This document shows positions 34,085 through 44,553 of a stretch of 64,000 bases of DNA, in pieces; position 1 is the first letter of the stretch; the number at the start of each line of letters is the position of its first letter. The notes under the pieces were generated by a model. That model did not search any database. It saw nothing but the letters and a program-made list of their open reading frames with translations, and was not told the DNA's origin. The translations under genes were made by a program, and so were the position numbers. This stretch comes from a virus (taxonomy: Duplodnaviria; Caudoviricetes): the IMG/VR virus record IMGVR_UViG_3300013121_000028, positions 1 through 64,000 of that record. The stretch is one strand, 5' to 3'.

Positions 34085-34264
34085 ATTATCAATCTAATGA
34101 CAATTTATCTTACAACGTAAGACACAGTAAAGATAAATAATTGTTATACTGATTAAAAATTTTTATTCTATACATGATTTTTGTAAATAAAATCAAGTTG
34201 TTAAAATTAAATAATCAAGATTGATAAATACGAATAATTGTAATTATTTGAATATTAATATATT

Positions 34265-34675
34265 ATGGCATACATAACAGAGAAAGAAATTAATAAAAAA
34301 AGTCCTAAAGGTAGTTGGGATAATCCTATATTCATGTATGATTATCTTGATAGTAATCGTAAAAATGGTCATTTATTAGTTGCTGAATATCTTGGATTCA
34401 AATTAAAGTGGGATGTTACTTGTGATTACAAAAGTTGGAATAGTGATAAAAAACATAGAGCCTATCCTATATTCAAATTATCACACGAAAGATACAATAT
34501 ATGGAGTCATAATTGGAATGACCTACACCGTATTTTAATTAAAATAAGAGAGGATAATTTATTTGACAATGATGTTAAAGAAGCCTTGATGTCGTTAAAC
34601 TCAGATAAAGTATGGGAAGTGATTATTAAAAAAATAACCAAGTACAATAAAACTAAAACAAAAAAAACTAAATAA
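34265..34675 (+). CDS. Phage hypothetical protein, family A (divergent)
   Basis: LLVAEYLG...HNWNDL..IL.KI. Confidence 0.6.
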   Translation: MAYITEKEINKKSPKGSWDNPIFMYDYLDSNRKNGHLLVAEYLGFKLKWDVTCDYKSWNSDKKHRAYPIFKLSHERYNIWSHNWNDLHRILIKIREDNLFDNDVKEALMSLNSDKVWEVIIKKITKYNKTKTKKTK

Positions 34676-34676
34676 T

Positions 34677-35735
34677 ATGATTGATTTCTCAAGGGCAAAT
34701 ATGTCGGATTTAGCTTCTCACTACGTTGGAAACTTCGGATTAGGTGAGGATTTGGTACTAACTGAAAAACTATATCACTTTAAAGATACCATAGTAAGAG
34801 AAGTGTTTTTCAATTTCCTTTTTTCAGGATTTAAGAATGATATTTTTTATCATTTCAGACGAAAGAGTGATTTACTCATTTATGATGTAAAAAATTCGGT
34901 AGAGAATATTTTTAAAGATAAAGAAAAGTTATTTGAAGAATCAATTCAAATCGCACATCATTTATACCGACAAAGCGTACACTCTAAGATTAGAGGCGGT
35001 GAAATGTATGTCGTTTACATGAAAGATGTTATTGCTGATGGAGAATTATGTGATGCTATTGGCATATTTAAATCCGAATCAAAAGAAACTTATATTAAGG
35101 TTGATATTGACAATCATTCTATTGCTATTGAAACAGAATTAGGTTTAAGCCCAACTAAATTAGATAAAGGAGTATTGATATTCAATATCGGTAAAGAAAA
35201 CGGCTATACTGCTGTAATGATTGACAATAGCAATAAAATAAGCGAAGCATCTACTTATTGGTCAAGGGATTTCTTGGATATGGAATTAAAGGATAGTCCT
35301 TATTTACATACACAAAACTATATAAATCAAAGCATTGCATTTTGTGAGGAAATATTGACACAGGAAAATAATGTTGATAAGAAGGATAAGATGATGGTTA
35401 TGAATAAGTCAATAAAATATTTTGACGATAATGAAAGCTATAATAAGAAAGAATTTGAATCATTAGTCCTTAATAATCAAGCTGATTTAGTTAAAGCATT
35501 TGAGGAACATCAAGACGAATACTTTAACACATACAACTGTAAACCTGTTGATAATTTCACAATATCAAAAACATCAGTTAAGAAAAATTTAAAATTCATG
35601 AAAAGCAATATCAAACTTGATGATAACTTTAATATTACAATTAGTGGCAGACATGATTTGATTGAGAATGGGTATGATGATGAAAAAGGAATGGGTTATT
35701 ATAAGCTTTATTTTATTCACGAAACACAGAAGTAA
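34677..35735 (+). CDS. Nucleoid-associated protein (NdpA/YejK, 37-kDa family), Bacteroidetes type
   Basis: H.VGN, LY.QS.H.KI.GGE.YV, DAIGIFKSE, KLDKG.LIFN, YW..DFL, IKLD.NF, YYKLYF. Confidence 0.8.
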   Translation: MIDFSRANMSDLASHYVGNFGLGEDLVLTEKLYHFKDTIVREVFFNFLFSGFKNDIFYHFRRKSDLLIYDVKNSVENIFKDKEKLFEESIQIAHHLYRQSVHSKIRGGEMYVVYMKDVIADGELCDAIGIFKSESKETYIKVDIDNHSIAIETELGLSPTKLDKGVLIFNIGKENGYTAVMIDNSNKISEASTYWSRDFLDMELKDSPYLHTQNYINQSIAFCEEILTQENNVDKKDKMMVMNKSIKYFDDNESYNKKEFESLVLNNQADLVKAFEEHQDEYFNTYNCKPVDNFTISKTSVKKNLKFMKSNIKLDDNFNITISGRHDLIENGYDDEKGMGYYKLYFIHETQK

Positions 35736-36601
35736 TTATGGAAACATTAGATGCTACTAATTTAGTAATTATAAAAAGAGATACTGTAAGAATAAGAAGA
35801 ACATCTTGGAAAGATGATAACGCATTTGAGGTTGCTTCAGGTGAAGTATCATACGATAAATTAAATAAGTGTATTGATACATTTAAATCATTGGGTATGG
35901 TTGAGGTTGAATTTTCGTTTGATGTTACATATAAAATGTATGTAAATGTACTTGGAACGAGATTACATTTAGATGCTTAATATTATGAAGATTCATTATT
36001 TAATAAACGGTATGCAAACAAATTTAGTGGTTGATACTACTTATAAATGTAAAGATGGACACTCATTGATGTCAGGTAGTATCATAAAACCGTTTATGCA
36101 GAATTATGAATATGAAGTTATTGGTTCAGTTCCAACAAATGATAATATTGTTATTGTTAATTTAAGACCGTATTGTGATAATGCTAAAAGAGTTCATTGT
36201 AAATGAGAATACAAATAATACCAAGTAAAGACCAAAAGTTTTTAAAAGAGTTTTTCGGTTGTTTTCTTTGGAAAATATATGATGTAAAAAAGATAATAAA
36301 GAAGAAATCACACGGAAATTGTAAAGTTAAAAGTGTATGGGATGAATATGAAATAGAAGTTACAAATACTTATCCGAATAATAATTTTGGAAAAAAAACT
36401 TTTATAAGATTAAAAGAAGGTGAATGTAGAATATTAAACGATTAAAATGAAAGTAAAGGTTAAATTATTTTACAATAACGGTATTTGGCAAAAATCTACT
36501 TTGTATTTATCAAAAAAGAAATTAAATGAATTAGGATTATTTGGTGCTATTAAAGATAAAGTAAAGGAGTTTGCACCTAAACAAATATTAATATTAGGAA
36601 A

Positions 36602-37498
36602 ATGAAAATATCTCAATCATTATTAAAAGGACTTCTTGATTTAAGAGAGGGTGATGAATGTGGTTTAGTATTCAAAGCTAAATATATTGATGGGAGATTT
36701 GATTTATTTCCACCATCAGATGTTCAAAATATTGGTGCATGGTTTGAGTATTTAGCTACGGGTAGTATTCCTAAAAACGGCACAATACCACAACCAAAAT
36801 ATATGGTTCGTGGTAAGGATGAAAAAGGAAATCCTAAATTACTTGGTGATTACGCTTTAATTCAAAAGCACGTTGCTAACTTCAAAAAAAGTATTGAAAG
36901 TTACGGTTTTGAAATAATTAGAGTTGGTGAAGATATTAAGGTTTTATATCCGAATAGTGTTGAGAAATTTGGTTTTGAGGTTTGGCTTACAGGAACTTTA
37001 GATATTAGAGCAAGAGCAACAAAAGATATTTACACCATTGACCAAAATAGAAAAAAAACACTTGTTGCTAAAAAAGGACAGATTTTAATAATAGATTTAA
37101 AAACGACAGGATTATTAGACCAATCATCAAAATTTAATGATTATTCTTGGTATATTAAAGGATTAGACCATAAAGTTAAATTAGTTACGCAACCTATACA
37201 CTATAAATACATTGAGTTATTAAAAACAGGTGAAGAACCACCGTTTATATTCATGTTATTTTCTACTAAAAATGAAAATGATGCACGAATTATTGATTTT
37301 AGGGTTGATGAAAGTGCATTTACTGAACATGAATCATTTATTGATATGGGTGTTCAAAATCTTTTATACTACAAGGAAAAAGGATATAAACCAAAACCAA
37401 GTCTTATTGAGTGTTCTGAGTGTCCTTTAAAAGATAGTTGCGAATACAAGGCTATTATTCCTCCTATTACAGTTTTTTATTATGGACAAACAAAATGA
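36602..37498 (+). CDS. PD-(D/E)XK (Cas4/RecB-like) exonuclease
   Basis: LTGTLD, IIDLKT, Q...Y and C-terminal C..CP....C. Confidence 0.75.
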   Translation: MKISQSLLKGLLDLREGDECGLVFKAKYIDGRFDLFPPSDVQNIGAWFEYLATGSIPKNGTIPQPKYMVRGKDEKGNPKLLGDYALIQKHVANFKKSIESYGFEIIRVGEDIKVLYPNSVEKFGFEVWLTGTLDIRARATKDIYTIDQNRKKTLVAKKGQILIIDLKTTGLLDQSSKFNDYSWYIKGLDHKVKLVTQPIHYKYIELLKTGEEPPFIFMLFSTKNENDARIIDFRVDESAFTEHESFIDMGVQNLLYYKEKGYKPKPSLIECSECPLKDSCEYKAIIPPITVFYYGQTK

Positions 37499-38574
37499 TT
37501 GAATTACCATTAAATATTGATATATTATCATTACCATGTATAGATGATTGTAGAGGTCGTCGTAGGACTATTATTTCGCATCCTATAATTATAGGTATAT
37601 ACAAAATAACATCTCCTAATGGGTCTATTTATATTGGGTTATCAACAGATATTTATTATAGAATTTATAGCTGTTACAAAAAATTGAGATGTAAGCAACA
37701 GCATAAAATATACAATTCATTAATTAAATATGGTGTTGAAAATCACAAGTTTGATATAGTACACATTATTGACAGAATTGATTTAAGTAAGTCGGAAATA
37801 ATTAATAAATTAAATGAATTAGAGATAGAGTACATTAAAAAGTTCAACTCTTTTTACGGTGATAATGATAAATACGGTATGAATTTAACAAGAGGTGGTG
37901 GTTCAATGGAATTAACCAAAGAAACAAGAAGAATTATTAGTGAAAAAAATAAAGGTAGAACTGTTTCTAAAGAAACAAGAATTAAAATAAGTAAATTCCA
38001 TAAAGGAAGGAAACTATCAAAAGAACATATAAATAAAATAAGTAAGGCAAATAAAGGTAGAGTATCTTCTGAAGAAACAAGGAAAAAACTTAGTGAATCT
38101 CATAAAGGAGAAAAACACACTTTAGAAAGAAAACAAAAAAAGATTGGTGTGAAACAAAAGCCTGAAACAATAGCAAAAAGAGTGGCTAAAATAAGTGGAG
38201 ATAATCATTGGATAAAGAAAAAAGGACATTCTGAAGAAACTAAATTAAAGATAAGTAATTCTTTGAAAGGTAAAATGATTGGTAATAAGAATCCTGCGTA
38301 TGGAAAAACATTAAGTGATATAACTAAGAAAAGAATTAGTAGTAAAAAAATTGGAGTTAAGCGTAGTGATGAATCTAAAATTAAACAAAGTAATTCTATT
38401 AAGGGTAAAAATCACCATAATTACGGTAAAAAAGCAAGTGAAGAATTAAGAAAAAAACTTAGTGAATCACATATAGGAATAAAACAAAGTCGTGATACAA
38501 TAGAAAAAAGAGCCATAAAAATGAGATTATATTGGGCTACTATAAGAGAAGAAAAGAGGATGATGGTTTTTTAA
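37495..38574 (+). CDS. GIY-YIG homing endonuclease with multiple NUMOD3-like repeats
   Basis: GIYKITSPNGSIYIG; repeated S.ETR.K.S....G; ATG 37495 overlaps the upstream stop (ATGA). Confidence 0.85.
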   Translation: MIELPLNIDILSLPCIDDCRGRRRTIISHPIIIGIYKITSPNGSIYIGLSTDIYYRIYSCYKKLRCKQQHKIYNSLIKYGVENHKFDIVHIIDRIDLSKSEIINKLNELEIEYIKKFNSFYGDNDKYGMNLTRGGGSMELTKETRRIISEKNKGRTVSKETRIKISKFHKGRKLSKEHINKISKANKGRVSSEETRKKLSESHKGEKHTLERKQKKIGVKQKPETIAKRVAKISGDNHWIKKKGHSEETKLKISNSLKGKMIGNKNPAYGKTLSDITKKRISSKKIGVKRSDESKIKQSNSIKGKNHHNYGKKASEELRKKLSESHIGIKQSRDTIEKRAIKMRLYWATIREEKRMMVF

Positions 38575-38584
38575 AAACAAATTA

Positions 38585-38923
38585 ATGAATAAAATTAAAA
38601 TAAAACATAAAAGAAAGAAATTTACAAAAGAGTTTAGGAAAAAAATATTTGAAAGAGATAATTACGAATGTCAATTATGCAGACCAAAAAAAAATTTACT
38701 TCATCTACCACATAAAAGAAGAATAGACCATAAAATACCTTTATCAAAAGGCGGTACTAATGATATTGAGAATTTATGGTTGGTTTGTGATGAATGTGAT
38801 AAACGTAAAAAAAACAAAATTTATAAAAGATTAATACCTAAACCTAAAAAAACTGAATTAAAATTAGTAATAAAAAGGTCTTTGGTAAATAAAGATGGAA
38901 ATAATAGTAGTAAAAATGTTTAG
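38585..38923 (+). CDS. HNH endonuclease
   Basis: RDNYECQLC...DHKIPLSKGG....NL..VCDEC. Confidence 0.8.
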   Translation: MNKIKIKHKRKKFTKEFRKKIFERDNYECQLCRPKKNLLHLPHKRRIDHKIPLSKGGTNDIENLWLVCDECDKRKKNKIYKRLIPKPKKTELKLVIKRSLVNKDGNNSSKNV

Positions 38924-39378
38924 TGAATTACCTAATATAGTTAAAACAAATGAGGGTAAGCTATATCAGTTAAGCTACATTGATACTATTGGCAGATTAA
39001 GAACTTTTAAAGAACTTAAACCAACTATTCATAATGGAAGTATGTATTATAGAATTGAAAGAGAAAGATATTCGGAGTTTAAGCTTAATACTATGGCAAA
39101 AAAATGTTACAAAATAATTGATTTGAATAAAAAGGTTATAAAGTAGTGCTTAATAAAAAAGAAGTAATAATAACTATAAAAAAGCCAACTAAGGTTCAAA
39201 AGGCGTGGTCATTATATTTTATTTGGTTACATGAGGTTGGATTTGAAATGGCAGAAAACCACCATCCGAGTTGGGATGGATATACAAAAAAAGTATTTTC
39301 TGAAATAAGAGAATTAAAAAAAGAAATGACTGAAGAAGAAATAAAAGAATTTGATAATAAAACGAAACCATTTAAAAT

Positions 39379-39741
39379 ATGAATCATCTATTTTTACCAT
39401 ACGAATTAGCATTAAAACTAAAAGAAAAAGGTTTTAATAAAGAATGTTTAGGCGGTTATTCAGATACCAAAGAACTAAAAATAACAAGAGTAATTTGTCA
39501 ATCTGAAATTAATGGTTTTTGCCTTGCTCCAACTTACGAACAAGCTATTGATTGGTTATACGAAAAAGGCATTAGTTTAGAAATATATACCTGTTCAGAA
39601 GATGGTGGTAAAAGTTTTAATCACCTTATTCGTAAGGTTGGTAAAAAACTATATGAATTAAGAGCATTGGATAATAAATGTATTTCAGATAGAAGTGAAG
39701 CATTTAATAAGGGAATTACTGAGGCATTAAAATTGATTTAA
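39379..39741 (+). CDS. Phage hypothetical protein, family B
   Basis: LFLPYELALKLKEKGF...APTYEQAIDWL; paralog of 3023. Confidence 0.75.
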   Translation: MNHLFLPYELALKLKEKGFNKECLGGYSDTKELKITRVICQSEINGFCLAPTYEQAIDWLYEKGISLEIYTCSEDGGKSFNHLIRKVGKKLYELRALDNKCISDRSEAFNKGITEALKLI

Positions 39742-39747
39742 TTATTA

Positions 39748-40632
39748 ATGGATAGCAAACAACTAATATTAAATAAATTAGGATTACAAGAAAGGAGTTC
39801 CTTTAATATTTTAAAAGACAAGAATTTGTGTGATAGAATATTAAAAGAAAATCCAATATGGATTGATGATTTTGTTGAAAAGTATGATGTTGCTAAATCT
39901 TTTCTTAGAAGGCTTATTAATGAAAAGGTTATTACTTCATTTTCAAACATAAAAGGTAAGGGTTCTAAGATATTTATATTTGAACAGGAAGCATTACAAC
40001 AATTTAATCTTAATATTAACTACGGAACTCATGAGTATTTTACAAACCTTAATACTTTTATTGAATTATATCTATTAAAATCAAAATCATACCTTACAAC
40101 AAGGGAGTACGAGGTAGTAGAAAATGTTTTAATAAATAAAATGACATTCGATGAATTATCAGAGAAGTATGATTTAACACATGAACGAATTAAACAGATA
40201 TTCAATAAAGCCGTAAGGAGAATGAAATATCATCATAACATTGAAAAAAATATTGATGAATTAACAAACGAATATAATGCTCTTAAACATGAATACAACC
40301 TGATTAAAGTAAAAACGGATTTTCTTTATGATAAGTTGAGAAGAAAACAGGAAAGTTTAAAAAACAATACTATTAGTGAAAAAGAAGCAAGGAGATTAAA
40401 TATTTTAATGAGTATTGATAATAAGATACTTAATAAAAAGTTGGTTGATTGCGATTTATCAGTAAGAGCATTAAACTGTTTCAATGCTTTAGATGTAAAC
40501 ACAATACTTGATGTCGTTTCTTTAGATGAAATTGATTTAATGTCAGTTAGAAACTTCGGAAGGACAACATTGAATGAAGTAAATTACTTTTTAAAAGATT
40601 ATGGTTTAAAAGTTGGAATGTTCAAACAATAA
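39748..40632 (+). CDS. Sigma70 region-4 HTH fused to RNA polymerase alpha-CTD-like domain
   Basis: LTTREYEVV...TFDELSEKYDLTHERIKQIFNKAVRRM; LSVRALNC...RNFGRTTLNEV...L. Confidence 0.75.
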   Translation: MDSKQLILNKLGLQERSSFNILKDKNLCDRILKENPIWIDDFVEKYDVAKSFLRRLINEKVITSFSNIKGKGSKIFIFEQEALQQFNLNINYGTHEYFTNLNTFIELYLLKSKSYLTTREYEVVENVLINKMTFDELSEKYDLTHERIKQIFNKAVRRMKYHHNIEKNIDELTNEYNALKHEYNLIKVKTDFLYDKLRRKQESLKNNTISEKEARRLNILMSIDNKILNKKLVDCDLSVRALNCFNALDVNTILDVVSLDEIDLMSVRNFGRTTLNEVNYFLKDYGLKVGMFKQ

Positions 40633-40693
40633 TTAAAAACAACACAAAATAATCATATAATTTATAGTGATTTTTAATATAAAAAATAAAACG

Positions 40694-40822
40694 TATATTT
40701 GTAATGCGATAACAAAGTTTAATGAAAAAATCAGAAATAAAATAATTTAAGATAAACCTTCAATCAAGCAGGAACATTCCTTTCATTAGGCTTATGTTAT
40801 CGCAAACCTGCTTGTGCGAAGG
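40694..40822 (+). promoter_or_regulatory. -7 promoter box (TATATTTG) followed by a structured leader
   Basis: TAnnTTTG 40694-40701; two interleaved long inverted repeats and a 7-codon uORF. Confidence 0.6.
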
Positions 40823-40838
40823 CTATATTTAAAAATAA

Positions 40839-41573
40839 ATGGCTTATAAAAAGATATGTGGAATATACAAAATAACCTCTCCTAATGGAAGGGTGTATAT
40901 AGGACAATCGCTAAACATATATAAAAGATGGGCTGATTATAGATGTTTAAATAATTGTAATGAGCAACATAAACTATTTAATTCATTTTTGAAATATGGA
41001 GTAAAGAATCATGTATTTGAAATTATTTGTGAATGTTCTTCTTTGAAAGAGTGTAATGAGAAAGAGATTTATTATGGAAAATTATTTAACGTTACGGATA
41101 AGCATAATGGATTAAATATAAGAGAATGTGGAGGAAGTAGGGGTAAACATAGCCCTGAAACTAAAGAAAAATTAAGAATTATTAATACAGGTAAAAAATT
41201 ACCAAAAAGACAAAGAATATTAATATCCATTAGTCAATTAGGTAGGAAAACTTGGAATAAAGGTCTAAAAGGCGTACAAGTTGCTTGGAATAAAGGATTA
41301 CCTATGAAAGATGAAACTAAAGAAAAATTAAGAATTATTAATACGGGTAAAAAATTAACAGAAGAACAAAAAAATAAAATAAGTATATCATTAAAGGGTA
41401 GAATAAAGACAGAAGAACATCTAAGGAATATTAGTAAAGCTCTTAAAGGTAAGAAGTTTAGTGAAGAAATAAGAAAGAAACTGAGCGAATCTCATAAAGG
41501 AATAAAGCAGACTATTGAGTCAAGAAAAAAAAGAAGTGAATCATTAAAAAAATTTTATAAAACAAAAAAATAA
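40839..41573 (+). CDS. GIY-YIG homing endonuclease with NUMOD3-like repeats
   Basis: GIYKITSPNGRVYIG; duplicated ETKEKLRIINTGKKL. Confidence 0.85.
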   Translation: MAYKKICGIYKITSPNGRVYIGQSLNIYKRWADYRCLNNCNEQHKLFNSFLKYGVKNHVFEIICECSSLKECNEKEIYYGKLFNVTDKHNGLNIRECGGSRGKHSPETKEKLRIINTGKKLPKRQRILISISQLGRKTWNKGLKGVQVAWNKGLPMKDETKEKLRIINTGKKLTEEQKNKISISLKGRIKTEEHLRNISKALKGKKFSEEIRKKLSESHKGIKQTIESRKKRSESLKKFYKTKK

Positions 41574-41574
41574 A

Positions 41575-43170
41575 ATGACAGACTTTGCAAAAGAATTAGG
41601 TAACGAAAAAAACGAAATAACTGAAAAGAGTATTTTAATAAATCCATCATCTGAAATATTTGATGCAGATATTCGTGTTTCAATAGACACTCAAGTTTCT
41701 ACCTCAAAAAAATATCCTCGTAATTTGAAAAAAGTTCTTGAAAATATTTTATTCCTTGCAACACAGGATAAAGAAACGGCTGAGAACTGCTTTTATTCTA
41801 TAAAGCGTGATGGCAAAACTATTAGGGGTGCATCCATACGACTTGCTGAGATTATTACAGCCTGTTATGGTAATATACGGGCATCATCAAGGATTGTTGG
41901 AAATGATGGTAAAACTGTAACAGCACAGGGTATATGTTGGGATTTGGAAAATAATGTAGCTTTTAGCGTAGAGGTTAAACGTAGAATAACTGATAAGTAT
42001 GGTAGACCTTTTTCTGACGACCTTGTAGTTATTTCCTCAAACGCTTGTAGCTCAATAGCTTTGCGTAATGCTATATTTAAAGTTGTTCCTATGGCTATTA
42101 CTTCAAGGATACAGACTGAAATTAAGAAAATAGTTTTAGGAGAAACAAAAGATTTTGAAACTACACGGAAAAATGCAGTTGAGTATTTTGTTAATCTTGG
42201 AGTTACTGAAAAGAACATATTGGATTTGTTCAATAAGAAAACGGTTTATGATTTGGATAGGGATGATATTTTTGATTTGAGGGGTATTGCTACTGCTATT
42301 AATGAGGGCGACACTACACTTGAGTCTGCATTTTTGATAGCACCTAAAGGGAATACGGCTATACATAAGGCATCAAAAATACTATCCGTACCTAATGATG
42401 AAGGTGATGCTGAATACGAAAAAACGAATATCAAAAAAGAAGTTGATGGTAATGTATATAAAGATTTTGAAACTGTTATTGATAATAATTCAGATAAAAA
42501 AATAACAGTACCTATTAAAAATACACCTGCTTTAAATTTAGATGAAGTTGAATTTGGAAACCCTAAATCTCAACCAAAAACTGATACAAATATTATTCCT
42601 AAAAAGAATACTTCTGTTAAATCAAAAATTAAACATAATGAGGATTTCCTTAAAGATGATAAAGAAGTTTCATTCGGTGAAAACAATGAAAATGAAAAGG
42701 TAGGTTATACAGGTGGTAATGTAATTGTATTAGAAAATAAAGAAGAAAATAAAAATGAGCCTAATTCATTTAAAGTTGAGATTAATAGTGTAACTGATAA
42801 AAAAGGAAATGAATTAAGTTCTTCTATGTATGCAGGTATTAAAAAAGAAGATTTAGTTGAAACAAATAATCCACCTGCTATATTACAAAACAATAGTCAA
42901 TCAAGCTCATTTGATATTGAAGATAATAAATTATTGGATGAAAAACTTGATGATAAATCATATAGTAATACTGATAATAAATCACCTATTGGAATAAAGG
43001 AGATGCCGAGATTAACTGATATTAAAGATGATAATAAACAACAAACAGGCAGGACAATAAACTTTAAGAAAAAAGTTGTTAGAAAAACAAAGAAAGAAAA
43101 AGAGGATAATAAAGATAATAACAGCAATAATAATAACGATTTATTTGGTAATAATAATGGACAGGAATAA
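41575..43170 (+). CDS. Putative recombination/strand-annealing-type protein with long low-complexity C-terminus
   Basis: Conserved-looking N-domain (K.YPR, FYS..R.GK.I.G.SIRLAE....YGN, S.A.RNAI); function inferred from proximity to the exonuclease. Confidence 0.45.
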   Translation: MTDFAKELGNEKNEITEKSILINPSSEIFDADIRVSIDTQVSTSKKYPRNLKKVLENILFLATQDKETAENCFYSIKRDGKTIRGASIRLAEIITACYGNIRASSRIVGNDGKTVTAQGICWDLENNVAFSVEVKRRITDKYGRPFSDDLVVISSNACSSIALRNAIFKVVPMAITSRIQTEIKKIVLGETKDFETTRKNAVEYFVNLGVTEKNILDLFNKKTVYDLDRDDIFDLRGIATAINEGDTTLESAFLIAPKGNTAIHKASKILSVPNDEGDAEYEKTNIKKEVDGNVYKDFETVIDNNSDKKITVPIKNTPALNLDEVEFGNPKSQPKTDTNIIPKKNTSVKSKIKHNEDFLKDDKEVSFGENNENEKVGYTGGNVIVLENKEENKNEPNSFKVEINSVTDKKGNELSSSMYAGIKKEDLVETNNPPAILQNNSQSSSFDIEDNKLLDEKLDDKSYSNTDNKSPIGIKEMPRLTDIKDDNKQQTGRTINFKKKVVRKTKKEKEDNKDNNSNNNNDLFGNNNGQE

Positions 43171-43378
43171 TAATGATATACACCTTAGAATTGAGGTTGG
43201 AGAAAAAATAAAAACAAGAGATGGTAGTTATATTAAAATAATGGCGATAGAGGATGGTTATGTTATGGCTCGTAAAAAAGGGTGTATTCCTTTTTGTCAA
43301 TCAATAAATGGATTCGTTGAAAGAATTAGACATGAATTAAAATAAAAACAAATACAAACCAATAAAAAAACAAAAACT

Positions 43379-44290
43379 ATGGCAAAGATAGACCATGAAT
43401 TTCAAGAACTATGTAAGAAAATTCTCAACGAAGGTAAAGAGTATGAGGATAAAAGGAGAAGTGTAAAAAGGTTACAAATACCAAGCTACACATTCCGTCA
43501 TGAATTTAAAGACGGATTCCCTGCTATTACAAATAAAAAACTATATTGGAAAGGTATAGTTGGTGAATTACTTTGGTTTTTAAGAGGTGATAATGATGTT
43601 AAATTCTTAAACGAAAACGGTATTAAGATTTGGAACAAAGATGCCTATAATTGGCATAAAAAAACAGCAGATGTTGTTTTATCAGAAGAAGAATTTTACA
43701 AATTAGGATGCGGTAGTGTTGGACAGAATTATTCTGTTCAATGGCGTAATTTTAATGGTAAGACTGACCAAATTAAAAACCTTATTGATGATATGCGTAA
43801 GGATATTATGTCAAGTCGTTTGAAAGTAAATGCTTGGAATCCATCTGAAGTTGATATGACAGCTTTACCACCGTGCCATTCTGAGTTTCAGGTGATAGGT
43901 GTGCCTTTAGAGGATGGTACTTTTGGTTTTGAACTTCAATGGGTACAGCGTAGCGTGGACACATTTTTGGGGCTTCCATTCAATATTGCATCATACGCAT
44001 TGTTAGCTAAAATAATCGGTTACATTACAGGATTTAAGCCATTGGCTATTGAAGGAAATCTTAAATGTGTTCATTTTTACGATAATCAATATGAAGCTGT
44101 AAAAGAATTATTAAAGCGTAATCCCGACACTCACCCGAATTGTGAGCTTGTAAATACTACTTGTATTGATATGTTAGAAAAAGATATTGATGTTATTCTG
44201 AATGATTTTAAAATAAGTCATTTCAAATTAGATGGATATACATCTGATGAAGAAATTAAGGTAGATATGTTAGCACCTAAAGAATTATAA
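43379..44290 (+). CDS. thyA: Thymidylate synthase
   Basis: ELLWFL.G, AWNP, ALPPCH, QRSVD.FLGLPFNIASY, H.Y.N. Confidence 0.95.
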   Translation: MAKIDHEFQELCKKILNEGKEYEDKRRSVKRLQIPSYTFRHEFKDGFPAITNKKLYWKGIVGELLWFLRGDNDVKFLNENGIKIWNKDAYNWHKKTADVVLSEEEFYKLGCGSVGQNYSVQWRNFNGKTDQIKNLIDDMRKDIMSSRLKVNAWNPSEVDMTALPPCHSEFQVIGVPLEDGTFGFELQWVQRSVDTFLGLPFNIASYALLAKIIGYITGFKPLAIEGNLKCVHFYDNQYEAVKELLKRNPDTHPNCELVNTTCIDMLEKDIDVILNDFKISHFKLDGYTSDEEIKVDMLAPKEL

Positions 44291-44304
44291 TTTAAAAATA
44301 AAAT

Positions 44305-44544
44305 ATGGAAACAGAAAACAAAGAACAGGTAAATCATCCATCTCATTACGGTGGTGCTGATAATAATTATGAAGCTATAAAAGTGATAATGGCTTGGGAA
44401 CTTGGCTTCAATCTTGGTAATACGGTAAAATACATATCAAGAGCAGGAAAGAAAGACCCTACTAAACATATTGAAGATTTAAAAAAAGCACTTTTTTATT
44501 TGGATTACGAAATAAAAGAGATTGAAAAAAAACAGTCTAAATAA
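44305..44544 (+). CDS. DUF3310 (SaV-like) protein
   Basis: VNHPSHY...GF.LGN.VKY..RAGKK....EDLKKA.FYL. Confidence 0.85.
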   Translation: METENKEQVNHPSHYGGADNNYEAIKVIMAWELGFNLGNTVKYISRAGKKDPTKHIEDLKKALFYLDYEIKEIEKKQSK

Positions 44545-44553
44545 TTAATGTTT

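Noticed and set aside
36602-37498. Cas4 as part of a CRISPR locus
   Set aside because: Stand-alone PD-(D/E)XK exonucleases are common in phage replication regions; 26 kb from the array with no other cas genes
42360-43170. N/K/D/E-rich region as a repeat element
   Set aside because: No fixed period; simply a low-complexity disordered protein tail
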